Source of the DNA: Candidatus Multivoradales bacterium
GTDB lineage: Bacteria; Acidobacteriota; Thermoanaerobaculia; Multivoradales; JAHEKO01
DNA: 64,000 nt
Reading direction: 5' to 3'
NCBI GenBank assembly: GCA_965248055.1
Contig: CBDFIJ010000004.1
Span: 2,816,001-2,880,000 of the forward strand
The translations under genes and the position numbers were made by a program. Positions within the stretch are counted from its first letter, which is position 1, and every line of letters begins with the position of its first letter. Under the pieces are notes generated by a model. The model was not told the DNA's origin. It did no database searches and saw only the letters and a list, made by a program, of their open reading frames with translations. Shown piece by piece: positions 49,902 through 58,890 of this stretch.

Positions 49902-50950
49902 GTCATCCCAGCGAAGAGCCTCTTCCTTATGTCATTCCGGCGGAGAACCTCCCCCCAGGTCATCCCAGCCAAGAAGTCTCTTCCAATGTCATCCCGGCGG
50001 GGGGAGGGAGGGGGGCCGGGATCTAGTGGCGTCAAGATACCGGCCTTGAGTCTCCGGCGCTGTTGCAGATCCCCGACCCCCAAACCCCCGCCCTACGGGA
50101 ATGACGACCGATAGGACCTTCCTCCGGTCATCCCGGCGGGGGAGCTTCCCCCCCTATGTCATCCCGGCGGGGGGAGGGAGGGGAGCCGGGATCTCGTGGC
50201 GTCAAGATACCGGCCTTGAGTCTCTGGCGCTGTTGCAGATCCCCGACCCCCAAACCCCCGCCCTACGGGAATGACGACCGATAGGACCTTCCTCCGGTCA
50301 TCCCAGCGGGGGAGCTTCCCCCCCTATGTCATCCCGGCGGGGGAAGGGAGGGGGGCCGGGATCTCGTGGCGTCAAGATACCGGCCTTGAGTCTCTGGCGC
50401 TGTTGCAGATCCCCGACCCCCAAACCCCCACCCTGCGAGGATGACGAGGAAGCGTCCGAGGGAGATGACGCTATGAAGTGCCTCAGACGGCATGACCATC
50501 GTAGGGACTCCCCCAAAGTCATCCCGGCGGAGAACCTCCCCCCAGGTCATCCCAGCCAAGAAGTCTCTTCCAATGTCATCCCGGCGGGGGAAGGGAGGGG
50601 GGCCGGGATCTCGTGGCGCCAAGATACCGGCCTTGAGTCTCTGGCGCTGTTGCAGATCCTCGACCCCCAAACCCCCGCCCTACGGGAATGACGACCGATA
50701 GGACCTTCCTCCGGTCATCCCGGCGGGGGAGCTTCCCCCCTATGTCATCCCGGCGGGGGAAGGGAGGGGGGCCGGGATCTCGTGGCGTCAAGATACCGGC
50801 CTTGAGTCTCTGGCGCTGTTGCAGATCCCCGACCCCCAAACCCCCACCCTGCGAGGATGACGACCGATAGGACCTTCCTCCGGTCATCCCGGCGGGGGAG
50901 CTTCCCCCCTATGTCATCCCGGCGGGGGATAGGGAGGGGGGCCGGGATCT
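49902..50950. repeat. GTCATCCC-tagged REP/REPIN-like palindromic tandem array
   Basis: Five 118-bp inverted-pair units (starts 49988, 50158, 50328, 50575, 50744) plus a half unit at 50913; ~170-bp period; 15 GTCAT heads on the top strand. Confidence 0.92.
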
Positions 50951-50998
50951 GTCCGGGGCCACCCTGACTCTCGCTGATCACTGGTCCCCAACCCGCGG

Positions 50999-52327
50999 TT
51001 ACCTTTTTCCGATGCCGAGTTGCTCAACCACCCAGGCGAAATCCGGCGCATGCATCGCGCCGGGCGTAGCCAGCCGAGCAATGCCCAATTCTTTGGCTAC
51101 TGCTTGTATTTCAGATGCGACCACAAGACTTGTTGTCTCACTGCCGCTGACGTTACTGCCAGGCAGGTCGGGGCCCGCTACCACGGAACCCACTAATTCA
51201 GGGCCAGCGACCGCCAGGCTCTGGATCTGACCCGCAACCGGTCGTAGCCGCTCAACTAGGCCTCCGACCCCAACTCCTCCGTGGACCCGCACGCATCGGC
51301 CTCCTGGAGACTCCTCGACCGCTTGATCTGGCGCGGCAGCGACCACCAAGCCTGTGGCTAGGGGTTGGTCGGAAACCGCTAGCCCTGCCGCTACCGCCGC
51401 GTCGCGAATTTGCCGCAGGGCGCCGAGTGTGGCTGCGCTGGCTGAAGGAGGAAGCTGGTCCGTTACTCGAGCCAAAGCACGCCCCAGGCTATGAACGATT
51501 GGTTCCGCCGGCCCCCAGGTGAGCACGGCATGGGGACACAAGCATCCCCGCTGGTCGAATCGAGCAATGTCCAGCGCGATGGCGTCGAGAATCGCCTCAT
51601 CGACTGCGGACTCCCCCAGGTAGACCAGCGACCAGCCATGCCCCTGACCGGAGACTGCGATGCCGGGCTCAGCTCCAGGCTGAAGCTGGTTGCTGAATTG
51701 CTCGTTGAATTGCTCGTTGAATTGGGCGACGGTGGCGTCCTCGCCATAAACAATTACCCGGTCGAAGTCGATTGCGTTGATGGTGTCAGAGGAGAGATCG
51801 ATCTCGTCCAAGATCGCGATCGCGTTTGTCAGCGCCGGGTCCAGCCGACACAGCACTTCCACCAGAAGGCGGGCGGTATGCGGCTCCCTGCGTGAGGGCT
51901 TGAGGATGACGGCGGAACCGTAAGCCAGGAGTGGCAGCAACGACTGGGCGGCGAGCCCGGGGACGCTGGCCGCCAGGACTACGAGGGTCACTGGCCGCGG
52001 GGATGCCGAGTTGCTGTCGCGGTCAGGACTCATCTCCGGTAGAGCACTCTCGGTCAGCGAACTCGCGGTCAGTCCAAACAGCAGGGTGGTGACGCTGTTG
52101 AGGACCGTCGCCGGATGCATCGCGACGCTGGCGGAGATCACCTCTAGGTTTTTCTCAATCGCCATTTGGTAGGCCGGGCAGGCTCGTTGCCACAACCGGC
52201 GCCACTCTTGGATCGTATGCTGGCCGGCTATCGGGCCAGCATTGCGTCGTAGTCGTTGGACGATCTGGCGCAACGATACCGACTCGTTGGAAGCAGAAGG
52301 GGCTGACTCTCTGGCTGGAGGGGGCAC
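50999..52327 (-). CDS. LuxC-like acyl-CoA/acyl-protein reductase
   Basis: ALDH-fold KPS..EP, YG.D.TV, FDQRGCLCPH catalytic Cys; follows a luxE-like gene; start uncertain. Confidence 0.8.
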   Translation of the reverse strand: MPPPARESAPSASNESVSLRQIVQRLRRNAGPIAGQHTIQEWRRLWQRACPAYQMAIEKNLEVISASVAMHPATVLNSVTTLLFGLTASSLTESALPEMSPDRDSNSASPRPVTLVVLAASVPGLAAQSLLPLLAYGSAVILKPSRREPHTARLLVEVLCRLDPALTNAIAILDEIDLSSDTINAIDFDRVIVYGEDATVAQFNEQFNEQFSNQLQPGAEPGIAVSGQGHGWSLVYLGESAVDEAILDAIALDIARFDQRGCLCPHAVLTWGPAEPIVHSLGRALARVTDQLPPSASAATLGALRQIRDAAVAAGLAVSDQPLATGLVVAAAPDQAVEESPGGRCVRVHGGVGVGGLVERLRPVAGQIQSLAVAGPELVGSVVAGPDLPGSNVSGSETTSLVVASEIQAVAKELGIARLATPGAMHAPDFAWVVEQLGIGKR

Positions 52328-52357
52328 CGGAATGCTACTGGAAAGGCAACCTGTGGC

Positions 52358-53695
52358 TCAGCCTTCGGCGTCAGACGGCTGGTCCGGTTGCAATTGCCCG
52401 CTGAGCAATGAACAGCCGCGCAGATCGGCACCCACCGCGCGTCCGAGGAGCTGAAATCCTGGGCTGCCGTTACCGGTGGAGTCCTCTGATTGCAGAGTTG
52501 GCATTACACCTAAGTCTTGGGTCAAGACGTGGATCGAACTACTGAGGTTGGCCAGATCGAGCACCGTGATCAAGCCAGGCGTGCCGGGAGCGACTTCTTG
52601 TAAGGTGGCGGGGTCGAGAATGCGCACCCGTACCCAGTGTGGAGGGGCGAATAGCTCGGCACTCCGCAACTCCGGGTCGGGCAACTCGGAATCAGGCAAG
52701 ACGGAATCAGGTAAGTCGGCATGAGGATGCTGACCGCGTGCGTCTGCGGGCACTAGGTCTTCGGGAACTACGTCTGCGGGAACTAGGTCTTCGGGGACTA
52801 GGTCTTCGGGGACTATGTCTGCGGGAACTAGGTCTTCGGGGACACTGTAGAACTGACTGGTGAGCTCGGTCATGCCGTATTCACTGGTCACCGACTCCTC
52901 GCTCAGGTCCAAGTGGGTGGCAATCAGCGCCAAAATCTCGCCGCGATCGAGCGTCCGGGTCTCAGTTTTGCTGCCTCCAGTGTGTAAGACCACACTTCCT
53001 GGTGGCAGGCGAAAGCGCAGGCCAAACTTCGCCAAGCGTTCCAGAGCCTGCATCAGGGCCAAGGAAGTGGCGACGATGACCACCGGGCGGCCGCCCCGTT
53101 GCCCGGCCCCCAGCCAAGAGCGAAGCAGTCCGGCGTTCAGACCATTCTGTGACCACCCGTAGGCCGAACGTCCCGATCCGTAACTCGCCATGATGTGGTT
53201 GACCATGAACGCCAGGCTGGACTGTGGCGCCGCCTCGGGTGGCGGAACCAGAGACAAAATATCGACCCGTCCTGCTGGAACCCGGGCGCCGAAGGAGGCT
53301 TCGATAGTGGCGCGGTAGAGGTCCAAGAACGCGTGCGGGTGCTGGCTCGGACGACCGCTGGTGCCGCTGCTCAGAAATACTGTTTCCGCAGACCCGATGC
53401 CGATCTCCAGGTTCTTGTACGCCAGGGTCGGTAAAGCTGGGATTTGGCTCCAAGAGGTGACTTGTCCGGGGTCGAGATCGCGGTCAGCCCACAGCCGCTG
53501 CAACGGTTCGCTGAGGCTAGCCTGGGCTCGCCCAGCCGCTAGCGCCAGCTGGTTGAAGTCGCCCTCGGACTCTGACCGGATGAACCGGGTGATGGCGTCA
53601 ATCATCTGTGGGTCGATGGCGACGGGAGATTGCACCGCCGTATTCTGCCACGCGGCGACCGGTCGGGACATCGCTCGAGGCTGGGAACCCACCAC
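52358..53695 (-). CDS. LuxE-like acyl-protein synthetase
   Basis: SSGTSG, TGGSK, EYGMTEL, DLANL, TQDLG, LLGR...RGCSL; start may lie downstream of 53695. Confidence 0.88.
   Translation of the reverse strand: MVGSQPRAMSRPVAAWQNTAVQSPVAIDPQMIDAITRFIRSESEGDFNQLALAAGRAQASLSEPLQRLWADRDLDPGQVTSWSQIPALPTLAYKNLEIGIGSAETVFLSSGTSGRPSQHPHAFLDLYRATIEASFGARVPAGRVDILSLVPPPEAAPQSSLAFMVNHIMASYGSGRSAYGWSQNGLNAGLLRSWLGAGQRGGRPVVIVATSLALMQALERLAKFGLRFRLPPGSVVLHTGGSKTETRTLDRGEILALIATHLDLSEESVTSEYGMTELTSQFYSVPEDLVPADIVPEDLVPEDLVPADVVPEDLVPADARGQHPHADLPDSVLPDSELPDPELRSAELFAPPHWVRVRILDPATLQEVAPGTPGLITVLDLANLSSSIHVLTQDLGVMPTLQSEDSTGNGSPGFQLLGRAVGADLRGCSLLSGQLQPDQPSDAEG
52741..52845 (-). repeat. In-frame 15-bp tandem repeat x7 encoding VP[E/A]D[L/I/V]
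   Basis: GGTCTTCGGG[G/A]ACTA-type units inside luxE. Confidence 0.9.
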
Positions 53696-53758
53696 ACCAA
53701 TGCGGCTCCTCTATAATGCGCCGCAGCCGCTTGGGCTCCAGATCGTTTCTTGTCAGCT

Positions 53759-53810
53759 GGCAGCGGTGATTGGCAGTGACGTTTAGCAGTGACGATTAGC
53801 AGTGACGATC
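53759..53810. repeat. 13-bp tandem repeat x4 in a divergent intergenic region
   Basis: RGCAGTGACGATT consensus. Confidence 0.8.
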
Positions 53811-53847
53811 GATAGGACAATCTTGAACTCAACTAGGCAATCCATCT

Positions 53848-54216
53848 ATGAGCGAGTTATTTCCCCACGACAAGAAAATCGAGGTCGATAAGGCACCCCG
53901 CGCCAAGGCCCCCAAGCAGTTGGCGGTGATCGATCAAACCGGTTGCACCGGCTGCGAGGCTTGCATTGCCTTCTGCCCGGTGGATTGCATCGAAATTGTT
54001 CCTGGGGTTGAGCACCGGGACTTTATGAAACTGGTGGAGGTCGATCTGGAGCGTTGCATTGGCTGCCAGCTGTGTGCTCGTTACTGTCCATGGGAAACCA
54101 TCGACATGTGGAGCTACGAAGAAGGGGTCGAGGTCGCGCCAGCGCTCACCGTACGTTCCTTGATTTATCAGTATGCCCCCGAGACCATGCACGAAGCCGC
54201 GGAAGCTTCCAACTAG
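53848..54216 (+). CDS. 2x[4Fe-4S] ferredoxin-like protein
   Basis: CTGCEACIAFCP and CIGCQLCARYCP. Confidence 0.93.
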   Translation: MSELFPHDKKIEVDKAPRAKAPKQLAVIDQTGCTGCEACIAFCPVDCIEIVPGVEHRDFMKLVEVDLERCIGCQLCARYCPWETIDMWSYEEGVEVAPALTVRSLIYQYAPETMHEAAEASN

Positions 54217-54237
54217 GGGAACGCGTTGGACGGAAAA

Positions 54238-54432
54238 ATGTCGCCAAGTGACTCTCCCCAGCCGGCAGGAGTCGACACCGACTTCGATGCGGCATTGAGG
54301 GAAATCGTCAATCAAGTGGTGCGCGAGCGGCGCTTGACCGGCAACCAAATCTTGCGGCTCTCGGCGGAACTGCAGCGTTTGGGCATCCACCGCTTGATCG
54401 AGGAACGAAGCCAGAATCCCAAAACTCGGTAG
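54238..54432 (+). CDS. Small hypothetical protein
   Basis: Fills the gap in the + strand run; helical composition. Confidence 0.5.
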   Translation: MSPSDSPQPAGVDTDFDAALREIVNQVVRERRLTGNQILRLSAELQRLGIHRLIEERSQNPKTR

Positions 54433-54462
54433 TCGCAGTTTGCTACCACCAGCACTTCTCAT

Positions 54463-55203
54463 TTGTTGGAACCCACCGCAATTCTCGGTCTGATCGCCGC
54501 TGGCCTCGCCGCCGGCTGGATCGGTGGAGCTCTGGGAATCGGCGGGGGAGTGCTGCTAGTTCCGGTGCTGCACTTAGGTTTTGGTTTGCCGATCGCCACT
54601 GCGGTGGGCACCAGTTTGTTGATGATTACCGCCACCGCCACTGCTGCTGGATTGGGCTATCTGCGGGGTGGCGAAGTCGACATGCCGTGGGCGGTGCGAC
54701 TGGGTGCCTTGGCCTTGGTTGGGGCCATCATTGCCAGCCGACTTGCCGCAGCCTTGGATCCGCGAACCGTGGCGATCTTGTTTTCCGTGGTGCTGGTTTT
54801 GGTGGCGGTGCGCATGGCCTGGCCGGAAAGCAATCGAGAAGAGCGACCACCGCGGCCTGGATTGGCGATGGCGACTATGCCGATAGCAGGGGTGGTGGCC
54901 GGTCTCTTGGGTGTCGGAGGTGGCATCGTCCAAGTCCCGGTGCTGCGGTTGCTGCTGGGCCGCTCGATGCGTAGCTCGGTGGCCACCAGTACAGTGATGA
55001 TCGGCTGGACCGCTGGCGTGGCGTCGATCGCCTACCTGCGCCGCGGTGAAATCGACCTCAGCGTTGTACCTTGGATTCTGGCTGGCGTCATGGCCGGGGC
55101 CTGGATCGCCCCAGGTAGTACTCGAAAAATTGGCGGACGCGTCCTGGAGCTGGGATTCGCCCTGGTGTTGCTGTGGACCGCCTGGAGGATGGCCGGTGGC
55201 TAG
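54463..55203 (+). CDS. TauE/SafE (TSUP) family membrane transporter
   Basis: GIGGG..VP and GVGGG..VP repeats, A.GTSL. Confidence 0.9.
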   Translation: MLEPTAILGLIAAGLAAGWIGGALGIGGGVLLVPVLHLGFGLPIATAVGTSLLMITATATAAGLGYLRGGEVDMPWAVRLGALALVGAIIASRLAAALDPRTVAILFSVVLVLVAVRMAWPESNREERPPRPGLAMATMPIAGVVAGLLGVGGGIVQVPVLRLLLGRSMRSSVATSTVMIGWTAGVASIAYLRRGEIDLSVVPWILAGVMAGAWIAPGSTRKIGGRVLELGFALVLLWTAWRMAGG

Positions 55204-55516
55204 TTCTCGCACAGCACCCCGAGAATCGGCGACCTTTGTCAGGGCTGCCCGAAGCCTGTTGGTTGTGGCTTGGTTTGCCCTCGCTTTGACTCAATTGCTC
55301 GGCGAAGCACCGGAAGCGGGCTGGAACTCAGTGTTGCGGTTGTTCGGGATTGCCTCGTTGTTGCTGGCACCGTGGATCGCCATTGTTCATTGGATTGCCG
55401 TGGATACCTCAAGATCTGATCAACAGGATGCAGCCTCGCCTGAAGCACACGCAGTCGCCCATTGGCCGTGGATTCTGGCCCTAATCATGCTCGCCATAAG
55501 TTCTGTAATTTCTTGA
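55196..55516 (+). CDS. Small membrane protein (DUF1634-like TauE partner)
   Basis: GTG overlapping the TauE stop, GGAGG upstream, about 3 TM segments. Confidence 0.55.
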   Translation: MASSRTAPRESATFVRAARSLLVVAWFALALTQLLGEAPEAGWNSVLRLFGIASLLLAPWIAIVHWIAVDTSRSDQQDAASPEAHAVAHWPWILALIMLAISSVIS

Positions 55517-55598
55517 AAACCTTCTTGAGGGGTAACCCGTATTGATAAGTGGAAGTAGGACAAAACACGCGCTGCTCCTACTTCCCCTCCTCCTTTGC

Positions 55599-55630
55599 AA
55601 AACCCGGCTCGAAAGAGCCGGGTTTTCTTG
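55599..55630 (+). terminator. Strong intrinsic terminator, possibly bidirectional
   Basis: AAAACCCGGCTC-GAAA-GAGCCGGGTTTT. Confidence 0.85.
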
Positions 55631-55679
55631 TTGCTAGATAGACCTTGAACAAAGGTTGTTCGACACGTACCCTTCGTCC

Positions 55680-58600
55680 ATGCCGCATGGCAAGTTCGGG
55701 TTGAAGCCAACCCACGAAGCTGTCAGGAAGTACTACCGCGCTCTGGAAGAAGCTGCGCAGCTCCATATCGACCATGAACTGGGCGTTAAACATGCCTTCG
55801 AGGGTCTCCTTGAACACTGCGCCAAGAGGTTCTATGGCTGGAACTTTGCCCGCGAAAAGACGGTTCGTCTCGGGGCCAAAACTCTGCGTCCAGATGGCTT
55901 GATTCTCGATAACTATGAACTCAGTCGCGGCTGGTTTGAAGCCAAGGACACCCAGGATGAGCTGACCAAAGAGGCCCGATCGAAGTTTGCGGTTGGCTAT
56001 CCCAAGCGCAACATCCTGTTTTGGCAGCCAGGGCGGGTGTTGTTGTTTCAAGATGGTGTTCAAGTTCTAGATGTTGACGCAACAGAGCCCCAACCACTGG
56101 TCGACGCGCTGCGGCTATTTTTCGAACATCAAGAACCGGACATCGACGAGTGGGAGCGAGCGGTAGAAGAATTCAAGGAGCGGATTCCTGAGTTGGCCGA
56201 CTCCCTGCTCAAACTTGTCCACGACGAACGTCCCAAGAACAAAGCTTTCCAGACCGCCTTCAAGCGTTTCTACGATCTCTGCAAGGTCTCTCTTAATCCA
56301 AACCTCTCCGAAGCGGCAGTGGAAGAGATGTTGATCCAACATTTGCTGACCGAGCGGATCTTTCGCAAGGTCTTCGACAACGACGATTTCCGGCGTAAGA
56401 ACGTGATCGCGGCGGAGATCGAAACCGTGATCGATGCCCTAACCTCCAAGAGCTTCTCTCGGCATGACTTTGTTAAGAAGCTAGACCGCTTTTACGCTGC
56501 GATCGAAAACACCGCTCTGTCGATTGGCGACTACTCGCAGAAGCAGGGCTTCCTAAACACGGTCTACGAACAGTTTTTCCAGGGATTCTCGGTCAAGGTC
56601 GCTGACACTCACGGAATTGTCTACACCCCACAACCAATCGTTGATTTCATGGTCAAGAGCGTTGACCAGCTATTGAAATCCGAGTTCGGCAAGGCGGACG
56701 GCCTGGCTTCGCCGGGAGTTCATGTACTCGACCCGTTCGTTGGCACCGGCAACTTCCTCCTCCGGGTGTTGCGGCAGATCGCCGACGGCAAGAAGACCAA
56801 CTTGCCAGAGAAGTACCTCAACGAGCTACACGCCAATGAGGTGATGCTGCTGCCCTACTACATCGCTTCGATGAACATTGAGCACGAGTACCTGGAATTG
56901 GCGGGCGAGTACCGCCCCTTCCCGGGGGTTTGCTTGGTGGACACCTTTGAACTCGCCGAGGATAGGCAGATGGGGTTGTTCACCGAGGCCAATACCGAGC
57001 GGGTGGAGGCGCAGAAACAAGCGCCGATCCGGGTGGTGATTGGCAACCCTCCTTACAACGTCGGCCAGGTCAACGAGAACGACAACAACAAGAATCGCAA
57101 GTACTCGGTGATTGATGCGCGGGTCAAGGAGACCTACTCCAAGGATTCCAAGGCTTCGAGCAAGTCAAAGCTTGATGACCCCTACATAAAGGCGATCCGT
57201 TGGGCCTCCGACCGCATCGGAGACCAGGGGGTCGTCGCCTTGGTCTCCAACAATGGTTTTCTGGATGGCATCGCCACCGACGGCATACGCCAACACCTGG
57301 AAGAAGATTTCGACCAGATTCACATCTTGGACCTGGGTGGCAACGTGCGCAAGAACCCCAAGCTCTCCGGAACCACCCACAACGTCTTCGGTATTCAAGT
57401 GGGAGTATCAATCAACTTGCTGGTCAAGACCGGCAAGGGGCAGGGTCCAGCGACCCTGCATTACTATCGCACGGATGAGTTCTGGCGGAAGGAGGACAAG
57501 TATAGGTATCTCGAAGAGGTGGGAGAGATCAATCATATCGATTGGAAGACTCTTGAGCCCGACGCCAAGCACACCTGGCTCACGGAGGGGATCGCGCCAG
57601 AGTTCGACACGATGCCCGTTCTAGGAAGCAAAGGTGCGCAAGAGCGGGGATTACTTAAAGACGTTTTTTTTCAAAGGTATAGCCTTGGTGTAAGCACCAA
57701 TCGAGACGTCTGGGCCTACAACTTCGATTGGGAACGGCTCGCTGCCAACATCCGAAAGACGATTGATGCGTATAACGGTCATGTGACTCGCTGGGCGGCA
57801 ATTGAAAGTGCTAAGCGAAAGCGCTCATTTATTGATCGTTTTGTAGACAATGATCCGAAGGAGATGGCTTGGAGTCGCGACTTGAAGCTGGATTTATTCC
57901 GCGAGAAGAGAGCTAAATTTAGAGAAGAAAAAATCCGACGATCTCTCTATCGACCCTTTTGCCGCCAGTTTCTGTTTCATGATTCGATTCTTAACGAAGA
58001 ACCCAGGCATTTCCACGAGTTTTTTCCGACGGCTGCTCGCGAACAAGAGAATTGTTGCGTGTCCGTAGGCGGATACGGACGAAAGGACTTTGCGGTCTTG
58101 GCGGGGAACAGCATCTTCGACCTAAATTTCTACGGTGACCCCCACCAAGTCTTTCCCTTCTACACCTACGATCCTGATGGCACCAATCGCAGCGAGAATC
58201 TCACCGATTGGGCTCTGGCGGAGTACCGCGCCCACTACCAAGATGACTCGATCTCCAAGTGGGACATCTTCCACTACATCTATGCATTGCTGCATCACCC
58301 GGCCTATCGCGAACGCTACAAGGTCAACTTGAAGAAATCCTTGCCGCGCATCCCCTACGCCCCGGTTTTTCATCCTTTTGCCGCAGCGGGGGAACGCCTG
58401 GCGGAATTGCACGTCGAATACCAGTCGCAAACCGAATATCCGCTGCAGGAGATCTGGAAACCGGATACCGCGCTCGACCTGCGCGTCGAGCGCATGAAGT
58501 ACAAACCGGCTGAGGGACGCATTGTCTACAACGATGTGCTGACCCTGGATGGGATTCCACCCACGGTCGAGGAGTACCGGCTCGGGAATCGTTCCGCGCT

Positions 58601-58781
58601 GGGGTGGGTGGTGGATCAATACCGGGTCAAGACCGACAAGCGTAGCGGCATCGTCAACGACCCCAACCGCGACGACGACCCGAAATCCATCCTGCGCCTC
58701 ATCGGGCAGGTGATCACAATCAGCCTGGAAACCGTGGAGATCGTCAATAACCTTCCCGATTTGGGTTTGCCCAGCGATTAA
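55680..58781 (+). CDS. Single-chain restriction-modification enzyme (nuclease, N6-adenine MTase, Type ISP/IIG-like specificity domain)
   Basis: RPDG...EAK PD-(D/E)xK, GIVYTP, DPFVGTGNF, GNPPY, GVSTNRD, YRPF; no helicase motifs seen. Confidence 0.9.
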   Translation: MPHGKFGLKPTHEAVRKYYRALEEAAQLHIDHELGVKHAFEGLLEHCAKRFYGWNFAREKTVRLGAKTLRPDGLILDNYELSRGWFEAKDTQDELTKEARSKFAVGYPKRNILFWQPGRVLLFQDGVQVLDVDATEPQPLVDALRLFFEHQEPDIDEWERAVEEFKERIPELADSLLKLVHDERPKNKAFQTAFKRFYDLCKVSLNPNLSEAAVEEMLIQHLLTERIFRKVFDNDDFRRKNVIAAEIETVIDALTSKSFSRHDFVKKLDRFYAAIENTALSIGDYSQKQGFLNTVYEQFFQGFSVKVADTHGIVYTPQPIVDFMVKSVDQLLKSEFGKADGLASPGVHVLDPFVGTGNFLLRVLRQIADGKKTNLPEKYLNELHANEVMLLPYYIASMNIEHEYLELAGEYRPFPGVCLVDTFELAEDRQMGLFTEANTERVEAQKQAPIRVVIGNPPYNVGQVNENDNNKNRKYSVIDARVKETYSKDSKASSKSKLDDPYIKAIRWASDRIGDQGVVALVSNNGFLDGIATDGIRQHLEEDFDQIHILDLGGNVRKNPKLSGTTHNVFGIQVGVSINLLVKTGKGQGPATLHYYRTDEFWRKEDKYRYLEEVGEINHIDWKTLEPDAKHTWLTEGIAPEFDTMPVLGSKGAQERGLLKDVFFQRYSLGVSTNRDVWAYNFDWERLAANIRKTIDAYNGHVTRWAAIESAKRKRSFIDRFVDNDPKEMAWSRDLKLDLFREKRAKFREEKIRRSLYRPFCRQFLFHDSILNEEPRHFHEFFPTAAREQENCCVSVGGYGRKDFAVLAGNSIFDLNFYGDPHQVFPFYTYDPDGTNRSENLTDWALAEYRAHYQDDSISKWDIFHYIYALLHHPAYRERYKVNLKKSLPRIPYAPVFHPFAAAGERLAELHVEYQSQTEYPLQEIWKPDTALDLRVERMKYKPAEGRIVYNDVLTLDGIPPTVEEYRLGNRSALGWVVDQYRVKTDKRSGIVNDPNRDDDPKSILRLIGQVITISLETVEIVNNLPDLGLPSD

Positions 58782-58890
58782 GGACAGACTCGGGAAGAGA
58801 GCGGGCGAGCCCCGCCCATACGTTGTGGGCTTGTGCTGCCGGGTTTAGAGCGCCCTCTGCGGGCGCCTTCCCGTATTTGACGACTGTTTG

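Noticed and set aside
49902-50950. CRISPR array
   Set aside because: Inter-repeat segments are near-identical copies rather than unique spacers, the period is ~170 bp, and no cas genes are present.
49775-50981. Short ORFs across the array (MSSRRG..., MGVGDLQQ...)
   Set aside because: These are translations of the DNA repeat on both strands, with no RBS or coding signal.
50999-53695. Bioluminescence operon
   Set aside because: luxA, luxB and luxD are absent from the window.
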